From NCBI GenBank assembly GCA_024137785.1, contig JAHRHZ010000055.1:10731257-10795256 (forward strand): 64,000 nucleotides of DNA, read 5' to 3'. A program made the translations under genes and the position numbers. Below are positions 10,205 to 23,399 of the stretch, piece after piece. The number at the start of each line of letters is the position of its first letter. Positions within the stretch are counted from its first letter, which is position 1. Source of the stretch: Ginglymostoma cirratum. Its lineage: Eukaryota. The notes under the pieces were generated by a model. It made no database searches. It had not been told where the DNA came from and saw nothing but the letters and a program-made list of their open reading frames with translations.

Positions 10205-11815
10205 ACAGATATATGCTGGAGAAACTCAGCAGGTCTGACACCACATGTGGAGAAGGGAAAAACCAGAGGTAACATTTTGGGTCATGTGAGCCTTCATCAG
10301 AATGAAAACAGTTGAGAAATGGCGAAACTTATACTGATATCATCGTTTCCCAGCTGCCTTCAGTTCTGACAAAGGGTCCATAAGATGATAAAATATAGGA
10401 GCAGAATTAAGCCATACAGTCCATCAGGTCTGCTCTGACAATCAATCATGGCTGATCTGTTTCTCAACTCTATTCTCCTTCCTTCTCCCTGTAAACCTTG
10501 ATCCCCTTACCAAAAAAGAACCTATCCACTTCTGTCTTAAATGCTCTCGATGACTTGGCCTTCATGGCCTTCTGTGGTAATGAGTTCTGCAAAAACACCA
10601 CCCTCTGGCTTAAGAAATTCCTGATCTCAGTTCTAAAAGGTCTTCCCTTCACTTTGAAGCTGTGCCCACGGGTCCTAGTCTCTCCTACTCATGGAAACAT
10701 GTTCTCCACATTCACTCTGTCCAGGCCTCTCAGTATTCTGTAAGTTCCAATCAGATCCCCCACATCCTTCTAAACTCCATGCAGTACAGATCCAAAATTC
10801 TCAACTGCACCTCTTATGACAAGCCCTTCAGCCCCAGGGTCATTCTTGTAAACCTCCTCTGGACCCCGTCCAACACATCATTCCTTAGATATGGGTCACA
10901 AAAGTGCTCACAATACTCCAAATGCAGTCTTACCAGAACCTTATACAGCCTGCCTTAGCAGCACATCTCTGCTCTTACATTCCAGCCCTCTTGAAATGAA
11001 TGCTAGCATTATCTTTGACTTGCTGTTCATCAAATGAAGCTACATGTTAACCTTAAGAGAATCCTGACCTGACTCCAAGTCGCTTTATGCTTCAGATTTC
11101 CGAATCCTTTCCCCATTTAGAAAATAGTCTACACTTCTATTCTTCCTACCAAAGTGCATAACCTCATACCGTCCGACATTATATTGCATCTGCTGCTTCT
11201 TTGCTCACTTGCCTAGCATGTCCAAGTCCTTCTGCAGCCTCCCCACTTCCTCAACACAATCCATCCCTCACCTAGCTTGGTGTCATCCGCAAACGTCCAG
11301 ATTGGTAATGTATTACGTGAATAGTTGTGGTCCCAAAACTAACCCCTGCAGAACTCCACTAGTCATTGGCTGCCATCCTGAAAGAAAAATACTTCATCCC
11401 TAACCAGTCCTCCATCCGGACCAGCACCTTACCCCTCACACCATGGGCTCTTATTCAGCAGCCTCCTGTACAGCACCTTGTCAAACGTCTTTTGGACATC
11501 CGAATAGATCATGCCTACTGGGTCTCCTTCATCTAACTTTCTCATTACGTCCTCAAAGAATTCTAACAGATTTGTCAAGTACAACCTCCCCTTGATGAGG
11601 ATGTGCTGACTCTGCCCTACTTAACAATGTACTTCCGAGTACTCCACAATCTCATCCTTCGTAATACATTCCAAAATCTTACCAGCGACTGGTCACTAGA
11701 CTCAAAACATTAACTATTTTTTGCCCCGCCACAGATGCTGCCAGGCCAGCTGAGCTTCTCCGGCACTTCCTGTTTTTGTTTCAGATTCCCAGCAACCACA
11801 TTTTTCCATTTTTTT
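10205..11815. mobile_element. Family B fold-back pLTR element (10205-10378 plus 11691-11815) split by a CR1 insertion
   Basis: The left arm gctggagaaactcagcaggtctg...ccttcatcagaa and the right arm ttctgacaaagggtc / ggtcactagactcaaaacattaact...cagatgctgccagg are mutually inverted. Confidence 0.7.
10379..11690 (-). mobile_element. CR1 LINE, RT to 3' end
   Basis: Tail cataagat..aaaatataggagcagaatta. Minus ORF 10470-10652 KGRPFRTEIRNFLSQRVV. tgtcatccgcaaac is FADD on the minus strand. Confidence 0.85.
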
Positions 11816-11914
11816 ATGGAACACTTGTTCAATGAATCTCAACAAATAGCCTTTCTCATTTTAAATGGATGAACAAAAACCTTGAACATTTTTTAAAAAT
11901 CATCATGGGGATGA

Positions 11915-13010
11915 AAGAGTCATTAGTCAGGCCAACACCTATTGCCCATTCCTAATTACCCTTAAGAAGGTGGTAGTGAGTCAACTTCATAAACAGCAAG
12001 AGTCCATGGAATTTTTTTTATTCATTAACAGGATGAGGGTATCACTGGCAGCATTTATTGCCCATTCCTAATTGCTCAGAGGGCAGTTCACAGTCAACCA
12101 CATTGCTGTGAGACCGGAGCCAGATGTAGGCCAGACAGGTAAGGAAGGGAGTTTCCTTCGCTAGAGAACATTAGTGAACCAGATGGGTTTTTCCAACAAT
12201 CAATTCATAGACATCATTAGATTCTTAATTCCAGATATTTTTAATTGAATTCAAACTCCACCATCTGCTGTGGCAGGATTCAAACCCAGCTCCCCAGAAT
12301 ATCATCTGGGTCTCTGGATTAACAGTCCAGTGATCATACCACTAGGCCATCGCCTCCCCAGATATAGGTATATCCATAGTGCTGTTAAGCGGAAATTCTG
12401 GAATTTGACCTAATGACAGTGAAGAAAAGGCGATTTAGTTCCAAATCAGTGAGTTAGGTGATTTCAGAAAACAAAACGTATGTGGTATTGTTCCCCGGAT
12501 ATGCTGTCCTTGTCCTTCAAGGGGGTAGAGACTGTGAATTTATAAGTCACTACTGGAGGAGCCATGGCAGATTACTAAAGTATGTGATATATACTGCTGC
12601 CTCCAAGGATGGAATGAATGCTTAATATAGCATATATGGTGCCAATCAAATGGGTTCCTGTGCCCAGATGGTATTGAGCTTCTTCAATGGTGCTCATGCT
12701 GCATCATTCATCAAGGCAAGTGGAGAATATTTCACCACACTCTTGACTTGTGCTGTGAATGGTGACCAGGTTTTGGGAAGACACGAGATGAGTTAGGCAT
12801 GCCAGATCTCTCAGTTTTTGACCTGCTTTTGAAGACATAGGCTGTTTCTAAGTCAACTAAGTTTCTAATTAATGGTCACTTCCGAGGATGTTGATGTGAG
12901 GGAGTCAGCAATGGTAATAGTCTGCTATGCTAAGGGGATATGATTAGCTTCTTCCTTCTCGGAGATGGTCATTGCCTGGCTCTTTGTGTGCCATGAATAT
13001 CATTTGGCCA
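11915..13010 (-). mobile_element. L2-type LINE 3' part with a nested SINE
   Basis: cccttaagaaggtggtagtgag and ttgagcttcttcaatggtg are reverse complements of the L2 3' region in 24015-25895. Confidence 0.7.
12012..12360 (-). mobile_element. tRNA-derived SINE with L2-type tail
   Basis: Reverse complement begins ggggaggcgatggcctagtggtatgatcactggactgttaatccagagaccc. Same family as 25033-25372. Confidence 0.75.
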
Positions 13011-13249
13011 CAATTAAACTGCATGCTTGTCACGTTTTGCTAAAATCATTGACGGGAGACTGAGGCATTTTTATAAAACTTAAATCTATTAACCATATTG
13101 ACCTCTTTTCAAAATAAAGAAAATAGCAAGTTTTTTTGTCTGTATTTAAAGCATTATTGTACAACAGGAAAGAATTATCTAATAATTTTGCAATAACGGA
13201 GACTGTAGGCAAGAGTGATCACAAAATGCGATTTTATTTTGAGTTAAGA

Positions 13250-14720
13250 AGTGATTTAGTTAAGTAGTAATAGTGAACAAAGCAAAAATACATAGATACG
13301 AGGGGGCCTAATGATTAGGGTAGATTGGAAAATTACATTTGGAATTAAGAAGATGGATATGCAATTGCAAAAAAATTAAGAATTAAATTGCAGGAAATAA
13401 ACAATTCCTTGCAACAAAGAACTATTCCCAAAGGAATAGAATTCCCATGGGAAGCACAGTCTAGTTAACTTCTCTTGTAGCACTGTTGGAGTAAAGAAAG
13501 AGGATTTAATTTTGCTAAAATGATTGCTAATATATAAATGATAGTTACAATGATGTCAGAATTCAACAAGCATGAAGAAATTGAAAGAGAAAGAGACTAA
13601 ATAACAAAGCATATAAAATAAAGCAAATGTGTCTGTTATTGCGCAAAAAGGTAGAGATTATCAAAACTCAGCGTGGGTCCTATACAGACAATTAAAATTA
13701 TAATTGAGAATTTAATGCAAAGACACTAAATTAATACTTGTATCATACTAAGGCCCCAGTGAGAATGGAGACCTTGAAGAAACTAGTATTAAAAAAGAAA
13801 TAGACTTTGAAAATTAAATAGAACTGGAATCCAACAATCTCTCAGGCCTAATGTTTTTGTTGTGATTTTAGAATTTATAAAATTTATAAAACATAATTTT
13901 AGAATGTTCCCATGGACTCAAGACAGCAAACATAAACCTCAAGACGAGACAGAGCATGAAAACTCTTGAGACTATAGGCCAGTTAGCCTAAAGCCAGTGG
14001 TAGGGAAGGGCTAGAATCCATAATTAGGGACACAGCAACAGTGCACTTGAAAATCATGTACGATAAGGCAGAGCCAGCAAGGATTTATAGAGCACAAAAT
14101 CAGATTTGCCACATCTGTCAGAATTTGTTTGAGGTCATGATCAAAAGGGCAGGAAAGGGGAATGCACTCGCACTTTCATTAAGCATTGGATTGGAATGTA
14201 CTCAGATTATTATGCAAGACTGTCCCTCACTCCCTGAGATCGAATATACTAAAATGGATTGAGAATTGGTTTATGAACAGAAACCTGACAGTAGGAACAA
14301 AACTGGTCATTTTCAGGTTTGTGGGCTATAATCAGTGGTGTACCATTAAGTAGTATGTTAGCCTCAACTATTTACATTCTATATCAATGAGTCAGATGAA
14401 GCAGTAAAGTGTAACACATCCAAGTTTACCAATGATACAAAGTTAGATCAAGACGAAGACATAAAGAGGCAGAAAAGTGATACAAACAAGTTAACTGAGT
14501 GGGCAAGAACTCTAATGACGGAATATGATTTGGAGAAATATGGAGTTCTCCATTTTGGAAAGAATACCAGAAAACAGAATATTTTAAAGAAATGGTGTGA
14601 GTTTTTGAAATGCTACTATTGAGAGGGGTATGAAATCTAGCATGCAATATGCAGGCACAGCAACCTAATAAGGAAGCAAACAATGTGAAGGGATTGGAGC
14701 ATAGTATAAATCTTACTATA
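13250..14720 (+). mobile_element. Highly degenerate CR1 ORF2
   Basis: actataggccagttagccta...gtggtagggaag is YRPVSL..VVGK. aagtttaccaatgatacaaag is a decayed KFADDTK. Confidence 0.65.
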
Positions 14721-14731
14721 ACTATATTAGG

Positions 14732-15335
14732 TAACGAAAAGCAGAATACTGCAGATGCTGAAAATCTGAAATACAAATAAGAAGGGTGGCACAGTGCCTC
14801 AATGGTTAGCACTGCTGCCTCATAGTGTCAAGGACCCAGGTTCAATTCCACCCTCGGGTGACTGTCTATGTGGACTTTGCAGATTCTCCGTGTGTCTGCG
14901 TGGGTTTTCTGCCACAGTTCAAAGACGTGCAGGTTAAGTGGATTGTCCATAGTGTCCAGGTATGTGAAGGTTAGTTGGATTATCCAAGCAATATGCAGGG
15001 TTACAGGGATAGGGTAAGGAGGTGGGTCTGGGTGGGATGCTCTTTGGAAGGTCAGTGTAGACTCAATGGACTGAACAGCCTGCTTCCATGCTATAGGGAT
15101 TCTATGCTGGGGTACCTCAACTGGTCTGGCAGCATCTGTGGAAAGAAATCAGTTAACATTTCGGGTCCAGTGACACATCTTCAGGTTGAAGAAGACACAT
15201 ATTAGACTTGAAATGCTAACTCAGTTCTTCTCTCTGCAGATGCTGCCAGACCAGTTGAGTTTCCCTAACGATTTCTGTTTTGGTTTTTGTTTCTGATTTC
15301 CAGCGTCTGCAGTTCTTTTGGATTTTTTGTTTATT
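14732..15335. mobile_element. Family B fold-back pLTR element with an HE1-like SINE in its left arm
   Basis: Arms ctgcagatgctgaaaatctg...ctggtctggcagcatctg and cagatgctgccagaccag...ttccagcgtctgcag are inverted about cttcaggttgaag (~15184). Confidence 0.7.
14784..15106 (+). mobile_element. HE1-like V-SINE
   Basis: gggtggcacagtgcctcaatggttagcactgctgcctca (A box), ggttcaattcc (B box), tail tagggattctatg. Confidence 0.85.
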
Positions 15336-16139
15336 GAAAATTATCTGTTATTTTTGTTATAATTCTTTCACATACATGCAACACAATGATGCATTTCAAT
15401 GTAATTTGTTTGTTATTCAACCAACAGTTCGCTGAGTATAAAGAAAAACAAAGTTACCAGATGCATTTTTCCCCATTAAAAAACATGGTAGTGGAAGTCA
15501 TTATTGGCTTCAGTTGAAAAAACTAGCTGAATATAAGTGCCTTAGTATTTCTGGCTTATCCAGTATGTTCAAATGGTGAGGCCAGAGAATGCAGCCTTTC
15601 TGAACACAGAATATTTTGTTTCCAACAAATTGTGAGATTTACTATTTGGGAGTGGTGTGGCAAAGGAAATACCAGGGATACAACCCTCTGGCTAAACTGA
15701 CATCAAGTAAATCAAACTAAATAATCAAACGCACCCTAACTTTGAAACCACAGTCTTCTGCTTCAAAGGCAGACGGGTGTTAACGATGAGCCACGCCTAA
15801 CACCAGCAAATGGTAATGTGTTGCAAACACTGTTGGCAAAACTTGGAGGAGGCAAGACTAAGTGAGGTAAGGACTTCTGATGTTTCGAAATGGTTGGGAG
15901 CAGAATATGCGGCTGAGGATTTTAAATGTAACAATTTACGTAAAAAAACAACAGCCGAAAAAGTGTTGAAGACAAGGTCTTTTCAGAATACTATACCTTC
16001 AACTGATAAGAGAGATGATTGAAACATTAACCACAATAGTATTGGCGCAGACAGTGAGACATTAAAGATAATACTGCAGGGAAACAGCAGGGAGAAAGGA
16101 TCAGGCAATAAGCTTTTCCTTATGACATCAAAGACCATA

Positions 16140-16262
16140 CTTACCAACCTCTTCCCTCACCTGAGGCATGGTGACCCTCAGGTTAAACCTGCGCCAGTCA
16201 ACTCTCTCTAACGTAAAAGCAGGCCTTTGATCCAGTAGGTCTATGGTGGTTTTACCTTTACA
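16140..16262 (+). mobile_element. SINE 3' fragment (same family as 35300-35510)
   Basis: cctcacctgaggcatggtgaccctcaggttaaacc...ctatggtggttttacctt matches 35410-35510. Confidence 0.55.
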
Positions 16263-16384
16263 AGCTATCTCCTGTTGCAGAGCAAAGGTGTTAATGGGAG
16301 GCATGTATTACATTGGACAACAAATGGGAGTTCCATTGCAGGCTAAAAGGTGCAGCCAGATTGAAAAATGAGTGGATGCAAGCA

Positions 16385-16520
16385 CAGAATCAAGGAAGTG
16401 TTACAGCACAGAAGGAGGCTGTTCGGCCCATCGTACCTGCACTGACTCGTTAAATGAGCATCGTTACCTGGTGCCAACCTCCTGCTTTTCCCCCATACCT
16501 TTGCACATTATTTTTATCTA
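16385..16520 (-). mobile_element. CR1 3' tail fragment
   Basis: ttacagcacagaaggaggctgttcggcccatcg is the reverse complement of a CR1 tail. Confidence 0.6.
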
Positions 16521-17624
16521 ATACAAGGACGAGATCAAGTACATTAGTCACTTATTGTACTGTCGACAGAATAATTAAAAACATACAGTGTGAAAGAGAT
16601 TTTACAGATGTAAGTGCCCTGAGATTGTGATAATTTCATATATTAATGTAGGTTCTTTCTTGCAATTACATCATTTATGACAAATTCAAAATATAGCTGA
16701 AGAAATATCTGTAAGTTTCTGTCTAAGAAAGGCTTTGACAACATTGCCAACAATCTGACAAAACATTCCTATAATGTTTGACATCATATTACATGAAATT
16801 GGACATTTGAGAAAGGTGCTGTGTTCAGTATATGGCTGTACAAAATAGGAAGCTAATTATTTTCATGCTCCCACACATCAGTTGGAATGACATACATACC
16901 ACACAAAAATCTGTCATTATTATGCACACTACCTCATTATCTAACGGCAAGAATTCTATTTCATCATCTGGTCAGTTCACTCATATCTAAAACAGCAGCC
17001 ACAAACAATTCCAGTTGTAAAGTTAACAAGCTTTCAAACAGTGCATTTTTTAATTGTTGAATTATTATTTATAGGTTCTCAAATGCAAATATGAATTAGA
17101 ACAAAAGGGCAGCTTTATCTCCAAGTTTAAATATTTCTATTAAAGTCCTTCAGTAGTCTACTGTCACACTGTCACGATGCTGACATGAACTCTTGAAAAC
17201 AAGAAGAAGGGCACAGCGTCCTTCACTTTCACTGCCTCAAGATCAGAAGGACATAACGCACAGATTTCAGCTGACATTACCTCCCTCACCTTTGGCATTT
17301 CTCAGTTTGCCAGTGTCCAGAATTGCAGCTGCTATAAACAGTAAGCATTAACCACAACATTCAGGCTACTTTGTCACATTTTCAGGAACCACAGATTATG
17401 TTACAATGATCTCATGGTGTTGTTGCACAAGTACAGAAAACCCAAGAACTGAAAAAAATCTTGCCTTTACAAAAAATAATATCCTTGATTCAGATAACAT
17501 TCGTAATCCCACATTGAAAATCCTTAGAAATGCAGAGAAAAAGCTTCTGAAAATTTAAGAAGGCAACTAAATACAACATGCTTTTTTAAAATGTGAATGG
17601 GGACATTTTATTCAAAAGTAATAT

Positions 17625-19640
17625 GTGCAGAATTTTCCCATTTGTGGTTAAAGTGTTTTGGTGAGTGAGATTCATATCATCCAATCTGCCACAGCTCAAA
17701 GCGAATTTTCCCACACAGTCTTTTGCTCTTCACCTCAGTAATTAAGCAACCAGGCTCCTGAGAGCCCCTTTCATACAATAGAATGGCAGGTCAGCATTCA
17801 CTCCTGCAAGAACCTTCCAGTACTCACACCACTGGCACCATGTTTAATGTCCAACTGCACATCATTTCAGCTACTGCAAGCCAGGTCCTTGCACTGCAAC
17901 GCTCAACCATTACCACCGAGGATACAGCCCAAAAACCAAAGCTTGCTCCTGGCTTCACAGATGGACAGTGCAACTAGATGGGTTGGTGCAGAGAAGGGCA
18001 GGTTTTCTTCCTGCTGACCGTCAAATGAGGCCACGTCAGAGCTAGATAGGGCCCTGGTCAGTGCCTTGTGCCAGAAGTGCAGAAAGAAGGTCAAAGATCT
18101 TCTGTGTTCCTCACAAGTAAGTGCCACTATCTCATCCCTGTTACCTGGTGCTCACACTTACAGTGCCACTGGATGTGCATCTGACGAAGGCTCATGGACT
18201 ACAACTCTCACAATTGCATACATCATTTCCACTCAACGACTCTCACTCACCACATACTGCTTCACTCCTAACCCTTCATACCCTCTGAGCTTCTCACTTG
18301 TGGGGACACCTCACCTCCTCTCCTGCTTCTGCATCACAATTAATAGCTGTTGCATTCCCTTCCATCATACTCAATTCCTCCTTTTGTTTCATTGCAGGGA
18401 AAATTGCCCAGCTGCTTGATGTCTCAACAGAACCAATGACTGACCTACCTGTAATCCCAACACTGCATGCACTTCACCTGCATGCACTGACCTTCACCTA
18501 ATCCCTGGGCTTCAAACATATGGACCCCTGATCTCCAACAGGCAATAGCCACTGACTGACCATGACTCCCAGACTGGAACTGACTGTATTCTTGTCTGAC
18601 TACGGTGATATTCCTGACTCACTGTAGTCCCCTTGACCCCATTCAGGATTCCTCCACTTTGACTTTCAAACATGACTATTTGCTTGAAATACAAGCACTT
18701 GTTGTGGTGTAATCCACTGGCTCACGAAGGTATAGCATTGACATGGCCTGTGTCACTATGTCCACCCCTCTGACTGCTTAGTGCTCCGCACCATAACAAA
18801 TTGCCTGCCTCTCCCTCGGTGTTAAAAAGCAATGCGAGCCATCAAAGCTGACAACCTCCAAGCAAGCACAAAGTGAGCAGGAAAAGATAAGGACCATAAG
18901 GTAATGTTCTGTGTAGGTGCATGATTTAGATTTAGATTGAGACTTTATTGTCACATGTACTGAAGTACAAAGTGAAAAGTGTGCAATATCGCCACACACG
19001 CCACCATCTTGGGTACAAGTACCGAGGTACAAAATCATAAGATTAGATAAAAAGAAATGAATAACATATAAAGTTAAAAGTTAAACATTATAGCCATTCT
19101 TAGCCTAGCTCAAAAAAAAGAACTAAGTTAAAAGTTAAACATGATAGACCTTCCTCGTATTAGTAGAAAAAATAAAGAAAATAAAGCTAAAAGTTTAATC
19201 ATTCCTGCTGTGGGAACCGACCTGGCATGATGATATGGTGAGGCTGGTAGTTTGACAATCCCTCTTTATGTGAATGAAGAACTGAGGAAAATGCTGGCCG
19301 TGGAGCATGCAAGGATATTGTAGCAAAGATAGTGTCGGATGAAGGCTAGGGCAAGCATGTGACAAATTACTGCTGCCAGATACACGCTCTGACTCTCATG
19401 CCGAGAATTGGCACCGTCTGGTTTCTTGGGGATGGAGAGAATTGGAAGTGGTAAAAATTAGATGACATGGGCTAATAATGAGATGCAAAGGGAGTTACCA
19501 CACAACAGTCGTCACCATTTAAAGCTTAAGGTGAAAATCAAGACTTTCTTTTCTGTATATCGCAATTCTGATTTTTTTCCATCCACGCCATATTTTCCCA
19601 CCATTTCTCACAAGACTCAAGGGTGGGGAAAATTCCACCC
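17625..19640 (+). mobile_element. Degenerate PIF/Harbinger DNA transposon carrying a Myb/SANT-like gene remnant
   Basis: Imperfect TIRs gtgcagaattttccca (17625) and ggggaaaattccaccc (19625-19640). The QKCRKKVKDLL motif (~18072-18104) is followed by a gtaagt donor and a later ttcattgcag acceptor. Confidence 0.6.
18922..19035 (-). mobile_element. Short element with a Rex1/Babar-type 3' tail
   Basis: Reverse complement: aagatggtggcg...cttttcactttgtacttcagtacatgtgacaataaag plus an (aatcta)n tail. The tail is shared with the Rex1 copy at 54705-55115. Confidence 0.6.
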
Positions 19641-20169
19641 GTAATTGCTGATGTATTATACAGAGATGAACATCTACAGAAAAAAATTGATACATTTTGA
19701 GGACAAGGAATGTCCATAAGACAGAAATCTAGACAACACCAAAAAATGAGAATAAGGATATTAGAGGAAAAAAAGCCATACACATGAACCAAGAGTAACT
19801 TTCACAGCTGCTGTGAAATGGTGAAATTCAACATACAATAGGAACTGCTTGTGAACATGGAACTGCCTATTATGTTATTCATATTGACTCTGCTACGACC
19901 TATTTTAAAATCATATTTTGAGTTTTAAAAAGTCACCTTATCATCACTGTACAAAGAAAATTTGAATAACTGAAAAGCTCAAAGAGAAGTAGTCAAAAAG
20001 CTACCATTTTTTTAGAATGTGCCTGGACATAGGCTGAATAAGATGGGGTGGGTTGGATCCACCTGATACATTATTTAGGAATTTTTGCTCTGTGACTAAC
20101 ACTTGAAAGCTGGCATCGATGGTCATCATGCTGTGCCATCTGCAGGGCTCCAACCAAAAATCATTTAAA

Positions 20170-20690
20170 TATAGAGACATATGACACAGAAGGAATCATT
20201 CCACCTACTCTCCCTGTGCTGACTGCAAAACAGCCTGATCTAACCTTCAAGGACTTTGTCTTTGGCCCTTAATATGTACCTTCAGTGCATTTCCGTGTTT
20301 TTTTTCAAAATGTAACAAGGGGTTTCTGCCTCTACCACACTTTCCGACAGTGGGGTTCAAATACTCATCACCCTCTGGGTGAAAGAAAATACTCAACTCC
20401 CCTCTAACATTCTTACCAATTCCTATTATCTATATTTCCTATTGATCCTTCTGCTAATAGAATTTCATACTCCCTATCCACATTATCAGGGATCTGTGTA
20501 ATGTTACAGACCTCATGTAAATCTCCCACCAACTTCTTCTGTTGCAAAAAAGAAAACTCCCATCCCTCCAATATTTCCTCATAGCTAAAATTCAACATTT
20601 CTCAGTAAATCATCATCAGTCTCCTCCGTACTTTCCAAAAATATCATATCCTTCCGATAATGCGGTGACCGAAACTGTTTAGATTGCTAC
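20170..20690 (-). mobile_element. CR1 3' fragment (old)
   Basis: ctgcctctaccac...caccctctgggtgaaa are reverse-complement CR1 3' motifs. Confidence 0.6.
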
Positions 20691-21034
20691 ATTTCTCACA
20701 AGGATCACAAATAAGCAGCTCAAAATCGGCATCAATGAGACTGCAAGGTAAAGTTACCGATCGTTGCCTCATTCAAAGACAGCATGCCTGTGAGGAAATG
20801 GGCTGTTCTGACCAGCTTTCTCGTTCATTTGGTCCCAACAGTGAAACAGTAAACACCCAGTGAATTTAATCTGCTACTGGCGATGTGGGAAATGAAAATA
20901 TTCACTCTAGTTCCATAGTCTCGTGAGACTGAGATTAAATTTCATTTTCTGAAATAGTTAGAAGCATTACCAAGCTAGCTGAAGCCAAACAACGTGAACA
21001 TGTTGATGCTAAGTGCATTAAAAAAAGCAAACAA

Positions 21035-21400
21035 GTCCATAAGGCCATAAGAAATAGGAACAGGGGTAGATTCTTTTGTCCCTCGAGTCTGCACTGCCAA
21101 TCAATAGGATCATGGCTAATCTGACATTCCTTATGTCCACTTCCCAGCACTTCCACCATAACCCTTGATTCTCCAACAGACCAAGAAACTATCTCAGCCT
21201 TAAATATACACAAAGACTCAACCTCCACAGCTCCCTGTGACAAACAGTTCCAAAGACTCACAACTTTCTAAGAGAAGAAACTCTTCGTCATCTCAATCTT
21301 AAATTAGCACCTGTTTAATCTGAGATTATGCCCTCAGGTCTTAGACTTTCCCACGAGGACAAACATTATTTCAGCATCTTCCCTGTCAAGTCCCTTAAGA
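21035..21400 (-). mobile_element. CR1 3' fragment
   Basis: cataaggccataagaaataggaacagg tail. Minus ORF LWNCLSQGAVEVESLCIFKAEI is the CR1 ORF2 C-terminus. Confidence 0.8.
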
Positions 21401-21409
21401 AGCCTGCAT

Positions 21410-21750
21410 CTATACAGCACTTCTGATATCTTCACATTTCCTTGTGGCACTTTCCAGCCAACTTACACTCTTAAAATTCAGTCATATTGCTATATTGGAA
21501 ACCCAGCAAACAAGTTTATCCACAACTTTGCTCTAAAAGCATTTAAGTAAATTGGACAGAAACTCTTTGTTTGCATTAGCTAAGGGACAAAAATTAGCCA
21601 AAACAACAGTACGACTTTCTGCTTTACTTTGAACAGCACCACAACTTTGACATGGATTTGGTGTAACATTTCATTTGAAAGATGCCAACTCTGATATACG
21701 GCCATCCACTCATCTTGGGGCTTGACTAAAAGTTTCTTGCTTACAGGTAT
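21410..21750 (-). mobile_element. Degenerate DeuSINE-like SINE
   Basis: taacatttcatttgaaagatgccaactctga is a decayed reverse complement of the Deu-domain seen at 29880 and 33410. Confidence 0.45.
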
Positions 21751-22484
21751 AAGCATCAAACCAACACTTACAAGATGGGAAAATACAGTAACCTTTGCTT
21801 AAGTACCAATCAATTTTATAAGCATGTAACTGAAAGGGTACTAAATCCAAACTTCAAGTTTATCTGAATCTGAATTTGCGATTTAGGTTCTAAATCACAT
21901 TAAACCACTTCATCTCAAGTTCAACTCCACGTCTACGGAAGTTTAAAATAAAACCTTTACTTAGTATTCTGTAAAAGACTCAAGGAGACAGCTGAATTCA
22001 ATGGAAACTAAAATAGGGAGAAATGAAAAGCAGAATGCCAACATATTATTACCCTTTTTACATTGTTAAAAAGTCAAGAAGATTATTTACTCAACATTAA
22101 TACTGTGATGCTACCTGGGACGATATATTGTTAAAATTCTACAATTATTACTTCTGCTTTTTTAACCTCCTACAAATCTGATAGAAATTGATTTCATGAC
22201 ATATTGTTAAAAAGTTAAAAGCTGTTTTGCAAGCAATACACTATATTTCATTGTGCCTTAGCAGTGAATGAACCTTTGCAACATTTCCTGGTACTTGAAT
22301 GGAAATGAAGCAAAAGGAAGTATCTCCCATTCCTGCTCCATTTGTTCACAATATATACATCATTGAAAAGAGCAGGCTCAGATGCTCCAAGCTCCTGCCT
22401 GTTTATTCAGAGCATAACATTGAGCCCAGCATACTGGTAACCTTTCCTTCAAAGAATGTGCAATCAATATGCAACAGGATATAG

Positions 22485-23000
22485 CTCATAAGATGTAGGA
22501 GCTGAAGCAAGCCATACAGCCCATTGAGTGTGACCTGCTATTCTTTCATCACAGCTGATCTAATAATGCTCACCTCCATTTTGCTGCCTTATCCCTGTAA
22601 CTCATGATTCACTTACTGAAAATATCTCAGCCTTGAATGTACTTAATGGACCAGCCTCAACAGCCCTCTACAGTAAACAATTCCACAGATTCACAACCCT
22701 CAGAGAAGAAATTCCTCCTCATCTTTGTCTTAAATATCTAGCTCCGTACTCTGAGATTACGCCCTCTGGTCCTAGACTCACCCACAAAGCGAAACAACTT
22801 TTTGACATTTACCCTGTGATGTCCCCTAAGAATCTTGTATGTTTCAATTAATCATCTTTTATTCTACTATATACCAATGTGTACAGGCCCAATCTCCTCA
22901 ACCTCTCCTCATAAGACAGTCCTCCACACTCAGGAGTGAATCTTCTCTGGATTGTCTCCAAGCCATGTATTTCTTTCCCTCGATAACAGGATCAAACTGG
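22485..23000 (-). mobile_element. CR1 3' fragment
   Basis: cataagatgtaggagctgaag tail; ttccacagattcacaaccctcagagaagaaattcctcctcatct. Confidence 0.8.
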
Positions 23001-23131
23001 TGACATTACTTCCAGCATTTGCAGAAAATTTCAAAACCAAAAATAAAACTCTGAAATTTAGAAAGTCCTTCAGAGGAGTGAAAAGCTTGTCGCTACTTTT
23101 TGCAAGTCACCACAGAACCCTGGATATTCGA

Positions 23132-23248
23132 GTGCAAAATTCTGCAGATGCTGGAAATCTGAAACAAAAACAGAAAATGCTGAAAATACTCAGCTGATCT
23201 GGCAGCATCCGTGGAGAAGGAAACAGAGTTAACATTTCAGTTTGAACG
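23132..23248 (-). mobile_element. PLE pLTR fragment, family B
   Basis: ctgcagatgctggaaatctgaaacaaaaacagaaaatgctg...tggcagcatccgtggag...agagttaacatttc. Confidence 0.75.
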
Positions 23249-23399
23249 TTCGCATGTGTTCATGAATTGGGAAAAAAACAAACTACATTTAATCAGTTCC
23301 AACTTATTTAGGGTTGATCTTAGTAGATCCACATAAAAGACAGAATGAGGTGTAGCCAGAGAAGCCCTTATTCAAAAAGATCACATCTGAACTTCTACG

